Shown here: positions 1 to 12,800 of the stretch, piece by piece | How the letters are laid out: every line of letters starts with the position of its first letter | How positions within the stretch are numbered: the stretch's first letter is position 1 | DNA from: Amoebidium appalachense | Taxonomy: Eukaryota; Protista; Ichthyosporea | DNA length: 64,000 nt | Direction: 5' to 3' | NCBI GenBank assembly: GCA_963693365.1 | Contig: CAVNZM010000006.1 | Location: 1 to 64,000 of the forward strand | Notes under the pieces: generated by a model | The model's database searches: none | What the model was told of the DNA's origin: nothing | Seen by the model: the letters and a program-made list of their open reading frames with translations, nothing else | Position numbers and translations under genes: made by a program

Positions 1-34
1 GGGGGGGGGGGGTTTTGCTGATGAAGACCTGCAG

Positions 35-2398
35 ACTGCCACACAGAACACTGCCGGCCTCCACCGCCAGCTGATGGGGGTACTGGAGGAGCTCCACACC
101 CACACCAACACTCGGCATGCCCGGCGGCAGAAGATCTGCTATGAGATTTCCCAAATGCAGCCTAAAGTGGAAGGCGCCATGGGCGGGCTGTACAACCGGG
201 CGGGGGCACTGCAGGACGAAAGGGCGCAGGTGGAGGCCCAGGGCCAAGCTTGTGAGCAGGATCTGGCCGCGCTGTATAACCGGCTGGAGGCGGCATATGC
301 CTACTACAGGGGCATGGTCGACACAGCCCAGCAGGTGCCACCCCTTTGCCCCCCTCGGTCTCTCTCAGTGTGGCTGCCCCAACCCCACGTGCACATTCTC
401 ACCTGTGCCGGTGCAGGGCATACAGGCCGGCCAGCCGGCACCGGCAGGTACCCCCGGCCAGACACTGGCTACGCCTCCCAGCCCCGTCTTCCGCCCAAGG
501 GACCCAGTGGCTGACACCAGCCTGCAGACCGTGCTCGATGCCGCGGTACGTGTCACGGGGGGGTGTATGCATGTGCACAGTGACTGACGGGCAGGGGGGG
601 TGCAGAAGGCTGTCGGGGCTGCTGCGGGGAAGACCGACGACAACTTGCAGATGGTGGCGATGGCTACGGACCTGCTGGCCCCCGGTGGCAACAGTGAGGT
701 GAGGGTGGCCTGGGGTGTGTGTGTGTGTGGTGGTGGTGAGAGGGGAGGGGATTTTTTTTTCCTCCCTTGTTGTGGGTGGGTGGGTGGTGGTGGTGGTGGT
801 GGTGGTGGGGGGGGGGGGGGGGGGGGGGGGGAGGGATTGTCTCACGGGGCGGGGAGGTAGGGGGTGCAGCAACAGCAAGCGGTTCCAACTGCACTGCGCC
901 CAGCTGTGATGGAGAGACTGGAGCAGCGACGGCAGGAGCAGGAGCAATATGAGGTGGGTGGTCCGTGTGGGTGGGCTGTGGGGGCTGCATGGTGGCAACT
1001 GACAGGGTGTTGGGGGGGGGGGGGCTGCAGGCTGAGAGCCAGGCAAGCCGCTTGAGGCTGGGTGAGTCTCTGGTCCGGCAACAGCAGGCCGTGCGCACCG
1101 CTAGGCGGCTGGCTGCAGAAGCACCTCCAGCACACAACCAACACCTCAACTATCAGGTTCGGCCCCACTTGGTGTGCAACCGTATGGGAAGACCGAGGGG
1201 CAAGGAGAGGGGGAGAAGGAGGGGGGGGGGGGGGGGGGGGGGGTAGATCTTTCGTTTGCTGGCGCAATAGTTCATATGGGTCGTCCTGGTGTGTTCGTTT
1301 GAAAATGCTGCCTTTATCCCACTCTTCCCCTTTGCCCCCCCCCCCCCTCCCCCCCCCCCCACCTTCCCCTCCCCCACCCTCCCTCTCTCCAAACCCTCAC
1401 CCCCTTCCACAATTAAATATAGATGACCAAGTGACCGAAGATACTGCTAACATGCTGGGGTTTAGGCACAGTAGCAACAGCCCCAGTCCCCCGTGGAAAC
1501 AAACATGAGCTGGTTCAATAACAACACAAGACGTCGCATGGCCAGAGCCCCTGCTACAGCCAACAACCTCTCTTAAGTCTTCCCTAAAGCTCGAGCTTTT
1601 CTCACATGCACATTGCTGAAGTCTCCCCGACCTACTTTCGCCCAGTTACTCATATATTGACAGGCAAACATTATAATTTCTTCACACAAGTAGGAGGACT
1701 GAAAAGGAGGAGACAATAGGTCTGGGGTCCAAGTGGACTGCAAATTACACCTGCAGCTGAGCGCGGGAGGTTTTTTCCCCTGGGACGCACGGGAGGGGGA
1801 GGGGGTGGGGGGGGGGGGGGGAGGGGTGCAGGGGTGGGGGGGTTAAAGAGAGGGAGGGGGGAGGGGGGGGGAGGGGGGGGGGGGGGGGCTGGCTGTAGAT
1901 GCACGGGATCGAGGGGAGCTCTTGGACACAAGAGGCTTTTGAGGGTGATGACAGTCGAATAACTTAAAAGCTAACTCTACGGTTCAAGTACACCTACAAC
2001 TTACACACACATACATACACGCGCGCACACACACACGCACGCACACACTCGCACGTGCATGCGTGGACACACACACACACACGCGCGCGCGCGCACACAC
2101 ACACACACACACACAGGGTTATGGACCGGAACTTCCAAACACCTATATGGCCTGCACCCCCGCCATGCGCACGGCGGAAGTGACCAGCCACCCGGTGCTG
2201 CCGAGGGCGCTGGGCTGGTGGGCCGGGCTGGGGCTGCAGGCGTATGCGGAGCCCGTGACCAGGCTTGTGGACACCGTGCGCAGGGTCTTTGGGCATTACC
2301 TCGGCACCTTCTTCGGGCCGGCCGACACGAGGGAGAGACGACCCTACAGCCGTGCCTATTTCCCGAACCGTCCCGGTGCCACCACCACTAGGCCCTAG
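35..2398 (+). CDS. 3' part of a spliced gene for an unknown, partly coiled-coil protein (5' end lies before the window)
   Basis: Six GT-AG exons join in phase 0 with no stops: 35-334, 417-545, 606-698, 870-953, 1031-1156 and 2117-2398 (TAG). Heptad-like stretches include LQDERAQVEAQGQACEQDLAALYNRLEAAY and MERLEQRRQEQEQYE. No family recognised. Confidence 0.7.
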
Positions 2399-3881
2399 CC
2401 AGGGGGGGTTGCTCTGTGGATGCAAGTGGCTGTCCGGCGGAGAATGCAATACAAACACACAAACACCTGCACACACCGGTAGAGGTTTCCACGCAAATAT
2501 ATCCGCACAGAAGCACATGCACATGCACACACTTACGTACACGCACACCCAAGCACGCACACACCCACACACATATGGCCCTTGCAGCTACCACGACCAT
2601 GCACACTCACGCGCCTCAACCCTCTGTCGTGAACACCGTGGCCTATCGTGCCTACTTGCACAACCGACACACAAATCACACGGATTCAGAAGCAGTTGTA
2701 TTTAGGGTAAAACATTTCAGCAACCATGCATTTTAACGATCCACCATATAGCACCTGTGGGCCTATAGCTGGACCCATGTTATGGACGTACAACAGCCCT
2801 GTGTATATTTTGCCATTCTTGTATATCTTGGATTATCGTCTACGAGTACTCGTCTGTATACTCTAAAAATATTATACAACGTAGAAGCATGACTGTACAT
2901 GTGTGAATATGAATCCATCCTGGCTGTGGGCCGTGTGGGGCCGTTCCCCACTATGCTGGCGCCAAAACCTCGGGAGTCGATCGATCGTGAAACGATCCGG
3001 CGCGCCTGGCGAGGCGGAGCAAGGTGGTCGGTCAGTCACTGCATCAGCTCACTGCATCATTCTTTAGTGCTGTGTGCCGTTCCCTCTGGTTCAACATTGG
3101 TTAGAGTGGTGTTTTGCATTGGCCTCCTCGAGACGTGGTACCAGCGCGCAGATAGCTACGCAGCAGGCAGGCACAGGCCTTGGTGTGGCCGCAGTACACG
3201 GGTGGCAGCTCGGCCCCTCCGCATCGTCAGACACTCGAAAGTGTGTGTGGTGTGCCTCACACACAATAAAGTACGTCTCCCTTCGTGCATGCGTGTCTGC
3301 CAGTGTGTGCGTGCGCCCCAGTATAAACTTGCTCCCGTCGCCCGCTGTCTCGTTACCTGCCCACCCTTCTATCTGTCCCCCCCTACGTATACTCCAGCTC
3401 ATCTTTCCTCTCTCTCTAAAACCCCCTCCCCAACCTTCTCCATGACGTCCATCTCTCTCTCTCCCTCTGCTCGCCTTGCCCCCTCTCTCCCCACTCCCCT
3501 TCTCTCCTCCCTCTTTTTAATTCTCTCTCCTCTCTCTCCTACCCCCTGCCTCCGTCTCGATCACGCCCCTCTCCCCTTCTCCCCCCCCCCCCCACCCTCT
3601 CCTCTCTACCCCTCATCCCGCCCGCATCCCCTCCCCTCTCCCCTCCCCCCCCCCCCTCCTTCTCTGTCTCGCTCTGTCCCGCCCCCTCACTATCTCCCCG
3701 TCCCTCTCCCTCCCTCCCTACCCCCCCTCCCCCCCCCTCCCCCCCCCCCCCTCTCTCCTCTCTTTCCCTCCTTGTGTGTGTGTGTGTGTGTTGTGTGTGT
3801 GTGCAAACGCACGCGCACGTGCCTGGTCTGTGCGCAGGTGCAGGTGCAGTGCAATGTTGTTATGCTGCAGCCGGAAATGGG

Positions 3882-4410
3882 CCTGCCTGTGTTGATATGC
3901 TGTGGCCGGATATATGCCTGCCTGTGTTGATATGCCGTGGCCGGATATATGCCTGTGTTGATATGCTGTGGCCGGATATATGCCTGCCTGTGTTGATATG
4001 CCGTGGCCGGATATATGCCTGTGTTGATATGCTGTGGCCGGATATATGCCTGCCTGTGTTGATATGCTGTGGCCGGATAAATGCCTGCCTGTGTTGATAT
4101 GCTGTGGCCGGATATATGCCTGCCTGTGTTGATATGCTCTGGCCGGATATATGCCTGTCTGTGTTGATATGCTGTGGCCGGATATATGTGTGTTGATATG
4201 CTGTGGCCGGATATATGTGTTGATATGCCGTGGCCGGATATATGCCTGCCTGTGTTGATATGCTGTGGCCGGATATGTGTGTTGATATGCCGTGGCCGGA
4301 TATATGTGTTATGATATGCCGTGGCCGGATATGTGTTGATATGCTGTGGCCGGATATATATGTGTTGATATGCCGTGGCCGGATATATGTGTGTTGATAT
4401 GCCGTGGCCC
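3882..4410. repeat. Minisatellite, ~28-32-bp unit
   Basis: Tandem TGTGTTGATATGCYGTGGCCGGATATAT(GCCT)n. The last copy runs into the acceptor at 4415. Confidence 0.95.
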
Positions 4411-4430
4411 CACAGGGGTGGCCAGACACG

Positions 4431-4642
4431 ATGGAGGAGGAGGGGGACGTGGTGACGGTGCTTACGGAGACCCCCGACTACGTCATAGAGAACGGTGGGT
4501 GCATCGATGTGGTCTGGGCCCCGTAAAGGAAAATGGCCCAATGCTTACGTGTGTGTGTGTGTGCGTGTGTGCCTGGGACGGGGGGGGGAGGGGAAGGGGG
4601 GGGGGGGGGGGAGCTGTAGGTGAGAATGTGAGAATTTGTGAT

Positions 4643-4698
<56 letters not shown>

Positions 4699-5694
4699 TG
4701 TGTGTGTGTCTGTGTTTGTGTGTGTGTGTGTGTGGTGGGGGGGGGGGGGGGGGGGGGGGAGGGGGGGAGGGGTGGAGGGGAGGGAAGAGATTGCAGGCGT
4801 GCGGAGGCCATGGGGTGGGGCATGACCCCAAATCTTTACGTGAAGGGGCGGAGGAGGGGGAGGGAGGGGGTTTGGTTTGTGTCACTTTGTATCCCCAATC
4901 TTTCCATCTCTTTGTTTTGTTGTGTCTGTGTGTGTGGTAGGGGTGGGGGGAGGGGGGGGGAATTGGTTGGGGGGCTTTGGGGGGGGGGGGGGTGGGGGGG
5001 GGGGGGGGGGGGGGGATGGGGAGGGGGAAGGTCGGGTGGGGTGGATGATTATGTGTACTTGTGCGAGATAGGAACAGCCAAGAGCCTCGGAGCAAGGCCA
5101 TTGGTGTAGCCAAGAGGGCGGACGTGAGATAGCAGCCACAGCCAGGGGCAAACAGGGCCCTGCACGTAGCACTCAGGAGGAAAGAGAGAGCAACACGCAA
5201 GGAGCACACACACACACACACACACACAGACACACACACACACACACACACATACTCACACATACTTACTCACACACACACACAGAGGTGCCGCACACAC
5301 ACCACCCTCAGGTACGTCTGCTTGTGATCATGCATCCACGGGCACACACACACACACATGCACACCCACCCGCCCACCACCCACCCACCCACACACCCAC
5401 CCACACACACAATCACGCACACATGCAAACACGCATGCTGCACTCGTGCGTGTGAGCACGTACACATTTGCACACTTTCACACTCTCTTACTCACTCACA
5501 GTACCCATTCAGTCTGCCACAAATATAATGACAAACACTCATACACCAATTATTGGCGCACACGCGCGTGCGGACGGCTGCGCGCGCACACACACACAGA
5601 CACAGACACACACACACGCAGACACACACGCACACACACACACACGCGCGCGCGCGCGCGCACACACGCACGCAGGCACGCAAGCACACACACA

Positions 5695-5764
<70 letters not shown>

Positions 5765-6135
5765 CAAAAGCAGGGCTGCGCTATGTGGTGCCGTACCACT
5801 ACACGTTCGAGGTGTATGCCAAGGGCCGGTGGCTGGGCAAGACCCTGCTGGACACGCTGGTGAAGGAGTTCAGGGCAGAGTCGGCTGACTACTATGTACG
5901 GGGGGGGGGGGGGGGGGGGGGGGGGTGGGAACTGTGAATGTACGCGCGAGGGGGGGGGGGGGGGGGCAGGCACAAATACTACTGTATATTTATAAGGAGG
6001 GGATGAGAGGGGAAGGTTGGGTAGATTATCATGAACCTGGTGTGTGTGTGGGGCGGGGAGTTAGGGGAGGGGGGGAGGGAGGGGGGGGACAGAGTCAATA
6101 AACCATGCATTGTGTGTGCGCACACGCGCACGCGG

Positions 6136-6166
<31 letters not shown>

Positions 6167-6777
6167 GGGGGAAGGGAGGGAAAGGGGGATGTTGTCATGA
6201 AGGTGTCAGAGTAGGTGGACTGGGATGGGGAACCGATCGGCTATGCATTAGGAATATGGAGCACACTTTTATTTAGGGACCCATAAAATGGCCGTTAGGT
6301 TTTCTATGGGTCTGTCGCCCGCAACATGCTCTTCCTAACCAGCCAGAGAATGGCCGGTGGGCCAGGGATAGTTGTAGCCGCAAAGGACTTGTGCGATGCT
6401 AGGTGTTGGTTGCCTATTAGTATTGCATGCACTGCGGCATGCAGGAGGGTTGGTGCGGTGGGCCGGCAGAAGGGCATAGGCCTAGTGTATGTGTGCAGGT
6501 AGCTTTGTGATCAGGGCATATGCCTAGTGTATGTGTGCAGGTAGCTGTGTGATCAGGGCATATGCCTAGTCTATGTGTGCAGGTAGCTGTGTGATCAGGG
6601 CATATGCCTAGTCTATGTGTGCAGGTAGCTGTGTGATCAGGGAAATGTCTTGTCGTCTTGAACCTGCTACCTCCCTATCGTGCATGGAACCTTCAACTTA
6701 CCCAACCCCTCCATTATCACCACCACATACACACTCACAATCACAGCCCAGCACGTGAGCCCGGTCACGTACACGCG

Positions 6778-6833
<56 letters not shown>

Positions 6834-9800
6834 GCGGCATGCCATCGAGTGTGGGCGCATCCTGGTCAACGGTCGCACCGTGGCGCCCAGCCACGTGCTG
6901 GCCAATGGCGACAGGCTGACCCACCGGCTGCACCGCCACGAGCCCCCGGTCAGTGCGCAGCCAATCAGAATCATTGCCGTGACCGATGACGTCGTGGTGG
7001 TCGACAAGCCCCCCTCCATCCCCGTACGTGCCCCATGCCGACAGCAGGCACACACACAGCCGTGCACGTGGCCATGCGCCTTGCCCTTGTGTTTGTGTCT
7101 CTCTGTCTCCCCCTTACCTCTGCTTGTGTGTCTCCCTGTGCCCTTCTTGCCTCTGCTTCTGTGTACCTCAGCCCTCTCTGATCATTTTCCTTTTCAAGGC
7201 CTTGTGCCTGTACCTGGGAGGGCTGCCGCTCTTACTCCCATCTGCTGGCCACAGTTTCCAAACCCAACAATCACAAACACGGGCACACAGGCACACACGT
7301 TCCCCAATCACACACCCACTCCCAGGTACACACAGGCACACCCGCTGACACACAGACTTACACCCATGCACACGCGGGTGCATCAGGTGCATGCACAGAG
7401 TGCCAGCAGGATCCACCATTATATACTCTTGCCCCTCTTGCACCTCCCCCTCCCCGGTCTCCGCCCCCGGTCCCCCCCCTCACCCCATGCCAGTGAGTGC
7501 TGGTGCATGGCCACAGTCTGATGGCGGGGCTGCAGGTGCATCCGTGTGGGCGCTACCGCCACAACACCATGACCTTCCTGCTGGCCAGAGAGCACGCCAT
7601 GCCCAGCCTGCGCAGTACGTGCACACACACACACACACACGCACGCACGCACACACACACAAACTCACACACACACACACATACACACGCACACACATAC
7701 ACACACACCTGTTGCCCAAGTGATGAATGCTACTATAATGCCACACACTTGGTACTGAACCAATACAGCACATGTGTGCTCATGCCTTCAGTGGATGAAA
7801 GGAACGGGGGCATCGGGCTGATGGTCTGCCGGTTACCCGTGCGCTGCTGTGCGGCTGTGCACGTGCTCTCTGTGTGACTGGCTGTGCACGTGGGCGTCAT
7901 TGTGTGGCTGATGGTCATCCTCTTGCCACGTGCACACCTGCAGCCCCCTGGCACGTGCCCCACCCACATACCCCCAAAACTTCTACCTCCAACCCCATTC
8001 TCACCGAATCCCCCCCCCCCCCCTCCCCCCCTCCTTCCCCCCTCTCCCCCCGTCCTCTCTCCCCCCAGCCTCCAAACACCCCCACACACAAACATACACA
8101 CGCATACATACATACACTCATACACACCACGCAGATACCCGTTTGCACACACACGTGCTCACCCACATGCAAACGCGCACAACACACCAAGACACGCGCG
8201 CGCGCACACACACACACACATACACACACACACACAAACACACACACAGACGTGCACCGGCTGGACCGGCTGACGTCCGGGCTGCTGATGTTTGCGCGCA
8301 CCCAGGCCAAGGCGCAGCAGATGGAGAAGTTGATCAGCGGCCGCATTGTGGAGAAGGTCTACCTGTGCAGGGTGGCCGGCGTATTTCCGGAGTAGGTGCA
8401 TCCCCCCTGCTGCCCCCAATGTGTTGGGGTTGCATTGCCAGTGTGTATGAGCAACCCTGGTGCACCTCACCCCCATCAGTGGTCTAGTCTGCTTGGTGCC
8501 TTGCCAAATGTGGCCAACAGTTCTCCTTGTCACGAACGGGGCTCACTAAGCCGAAGGGGGGCACACCGATCTTACCGAATACACTCGTAGTGGCATGTAT
8601 CTGCGTATGTGTGTTTGGAAGAAGAGGGTGAAAGGGGGGGGGGGGGGGGGGGAGGGGGGAGGGGGGAGGGGATCAGGGTATGTGACTATGGGGGGGGGGT
8701 TTCAGGAGGTATGGCTGGTTTACCGATAGAGGATGGGCGTGGAGATATGACTAGATCCTCGAGTAATGGGGGGGACCAGGAGATCTGACTAGATACTCGA
8801 GTAATGAGGGGGACCAGGAGATATGACCAGATACTCAAGTAATTGGGGGGGACCAGGAGATATGACTAGATACTCGAGTAAGGGGGGGGACCAGGAGATA
8901 TGACTAGATACTCGAGTAATGGGGGGGACCAGGAGATATGACTAGATACTCAAGTAATTGGGGGGACCAGGAGATATGACTAGATACTCGAGTAATGGGG
9001 GGGACCAGGAGATATGATTAGATACTCAAGTAATTGGGGGGGACTAGGAGATATGACTAGATACTCGAGTAATGGGGGGGACCAGGTGATATGACTAGAT
9101 ACTCGAGTAATGGGGTGGACCAGGAGATATGACTAGATACTCAAGTATTTGGGGGGGACCAGGAGATATGACTAGATACTCGAGTAATGGGGGGGGCCAG
9201 GAGATATGATTAGATACTCGAGTAATGGGGGGACCAGGAGATATGACTAGATACTCAAGTATTTGGGGGGGACCAGGAGATATGACTAGATACTCAAGTA
9301 ATTGGGGGGGACCAGGAGATATGACTAGATACTCGAGTAATGGGGGGGACCAGGAGATATGACTAGATACTCAAGTAATTGGTTGGACCAGGATATGACT
9401 AGGTGCTCAAGTAATTGGGAGGATCAGGAGATATGACTAGATCCTCAAGTAATTGGGAGGATCAGGAGATATGACTAGATACTCAAGAAATTGGGGGGGG
9501 CCAGGCTATGACTAGATACTTTAGTGATTTGGGGGGCCAGGATATGACTAATTACTTTAGTGATTGGGGGGACCAGGATATGACTAGATACTTTAGTGAT
9601 TGGGGGGACCAGGATGTGACTAGGTACTCAAGTAATTGGGGGGACCATGGGCCTGCAGGGGGGGGGGTGGAGTGCCATGTGCCGATCAGGGACCATATAA
9701 GTAGATTAAGAGTGCCATGCGCCAATCAAGGACCATATTAGTAGATTAAGAGTGCCACGCGCCGATCAAGGACCATATTAGTAGATTAAGAGTACCACGT

Positions 9801-12800
9801 GTCGATCAAGGCCTATATTAGTGTATTAAAGTGCTGGTCCTGCAGGGGGCTGACCGAGTGCCATGCGCCCATCAAGGTGGTGGTGCACCGGCTGGGGCTG
9901 TGCCGGGTGGCCGAGGACGGCAAGGAGTGCCACACCACCTTCGAGCGGCTGGGCACAGACGGCGCCACCAGCATCGTGAAATGTAGGCCCCATGCACTGC
10001 ACAGCACCCCACCAGCATCGTGAAATGTAGGCCCCATGCACTGCACAGCACCCCACCAGCATCGTGAAATGTAGGCCCCATGCACTGCACAGCACCCCAC
10101 CAGCATCGTGAAATGTATGCCCCATGCACTGCACAGCACCACACGGCAATCGTGGCAGGGTGAAATGTGCGCATTCAATGTCCACCTAGCAACCCTGCTC
10201 ATGTCTGATTAGAGAGGGTGACCCACTCATGTTCGATTGAAGCAGTCTGAGTTGGGCTTCGTGAGGTCAAATGTTGCAACTCTATGACACCCCCCCACAG
10301 GACGGGCTTCCCTCATGATGCATGCTCTTTGTGTCTGCTCCTTTTTGCACATTCTACTTGTGCTGTCCTTCGTCGATGTGCACTTCGTGCCTTCAACACC
10401 ACCTATCCCCCTGTCTTTTTCAACTATATTGGTGCCTTCAACACCACCTACCCCCTCGACCCTTTCAGTTATATTGGTGCCTTTAACACCACTTACCCCC
10501 CTGTCTTTTTCAATTATATTGGTGCCTTTAACACCACCTACCCCCCTGTCTTTTTCAATTATATTGGTGCCTTTAACACCACCTACCCCCCTGTCTTTTT
10601 CAATTATATTGGTGCCTTTAACACCACCTACCCCCCTGTCTTTTTCAATTATATTGGTGCCTTTAACACCACCTACCCCCCTGTCTTTTTTGATTATATT
10701 GGTGCCTTTAACACCACCTACCCCCCTGTCTTTTTCAATTATATTGGTGCCTTTAACACCACCTACCCCCCTGTTTTTTTCATTTATATTGGTGCCTTTA
10801 ACACCACCTATCCCCCTGTCTTTTTCAATTATATTGGTGCCTTTAACACCACCTACCCCCCTGTCTTTTTCAATTATATTGGTGCCTTTAACACCACCTA
10901 CCCCCCTGTCTTTTTCAATTATATTTAACACCACCTACCCCCCTGTCTTTTTCAATTATATTGGTGCCTTTAACACCACCTACCCCCCTGTCTTTTTCAA
11001 TTATATTATTGCCTTTAACACCACCTACCTCCCTGTCTTTTTCAATTATATTGGTGCCTTTAACACCACCTACCCCCCCCTCTGTGTCAATTATACTCGT
11101 GCTCTGTAACACCACCTCCCCCTGCAGGCTATCCTCGGACTGGGCGCACACACCAAATCCGAGTGCACCTGCAGTACCTGGGTAAGTGCATGGCCACACA
11201 CACAGACACACACAGACACGCACATACACACACGCACACACACACACACACACAGGCACGCACGCACTCACGCACGTACGCACACACCATCCCACATCCA
11301 CCCCCCCACACAAACCCATGTACACACAGACACACGGGTGCCACCTACCTGCATGGAACGTTGCACCACTATATGCTAAGCACTATGCACACTGCATGCT
11401 GGGCACTATGCACACTGCATGCTGGGCACTATGCACACTGCATGCTGGGCACTATGCACACTGCATGCTGGGCAAGGATGCCAAGCAGATGCCTTGTGAA
11501 CACCTAGGGAACACACACACACCTGCATGGGGGCACAGGCAGAGCCTTTGGGCACAGACACCCATGCCTGTGCGCACTGGCATACACGCAGAGGCACACC
11601 TGCTTGCGCACAGGCACGCCTGCACAGACACACCTGTTTTTGGGACATTTTGGCACCCGCACACTGCAAGCACGGCACAGGCACAGTCAGCACCTGCATT
11701 TAGGCACAGGCCCGCTGCACAGTCACACCTGCATCACACAGCAGCCAGGGCAGGCAGGCACATGCACAGGCACATGCGCGTGTGCACACAGTAGCCAGGG
11801 CAGGCACACACATGCACACACATTACCAGCGCAAGCAGTTACATGCACACACAGCACCAGCGCAGGCAGGCACATGCACACACAGCACAAGGACAGGCAG
11901 GCACACGCATGAGCAAAAGCAGCACGCGGGCAGGCAGGCACATGCACACACTGCAGCCAGGGCAGGCAGGCACATGCAGGAGCCCACACAAGCACACTTG
12001 TGTGGACACAGACACACCTGCACAGGCACAGGCACCACTGCACAGGCATGTTTGCCGGCAGACAGAATTACACCTGCAGAGGCACACGTGCATGCGGGCA
12101 TACAAACACCTGCACGCGGCACACTTTCTTGTAGGCACATGCACACCTGGATGCATACAACAGGCATTCTCACACACACGCCTTCACAGGCACACCTGTG
12201 TGTTTGAATAGGCACACATGCGCAGGGGGTGGCCACAGGCAAACCTGCACAGGTTCATCTGCATCGCACGCGCTTTTAGGGGCCACACGTGCACATGCAC
12301 ACATGCCTGTTGGCACTTGCATACCTACGCAGGCACATGCAGGATAATTCCCGCCATTCCATCTGTGGCAGCTGCTAACGGCTTGTCTGCAGGGCACCCA
12401 ATCAGCAACGACCCCCTGTATGCGCACAGTGTGTGGGGGGACGAGCGGGGCCGGGGGGGAGTCAGTGACGGCGTGTTTGAGAGTGCCGTGCACATCCTTA
12501 ACACGGAGATGGCCGCACCCCCGGCACCGGCAGAGGCCCTGCAGGCGGCAAAAAGGCCCGCGGAGGAGGCGCCGGCCACAGAGAGAGGCGCCAAGAGGCC
12601 AAGGGTACACGGTGGGTGCATGCACGTTAGCCCCTCTGTGTGTGTTTCTGTGTGTGTGTGTGGGGGGGGGGGGGGGGTGGCCATGCATGCGTGTGTTGGT
12701 CGGTTGCCATGCATTTGTGTGTGTTTGTGTTGGTGGGATGGTACGTGGCTATGCATGTGCCCCGTCGGTGTCTGGTTCCTTTCAGAGGACTTCTTCTAGG

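Noticed and set aside
7720-7760. C/D box snoRNA (GTGATGA...CTGA)
   Set aside because: It is too short, has no terminal stem, and no guide target could be identified.
8741-9647. CRISPR-like array
   Set aside because: Variation is limited to point changes and G-run length; there are no spacers.
10227-11109. Repeat-protein ORFs ([15 protein letters not shown] etc.)
   Set aside because: A 45-bp unit is a multiple of three, so several frames stay open by chance. It lies inside an RPUSD2 intron.
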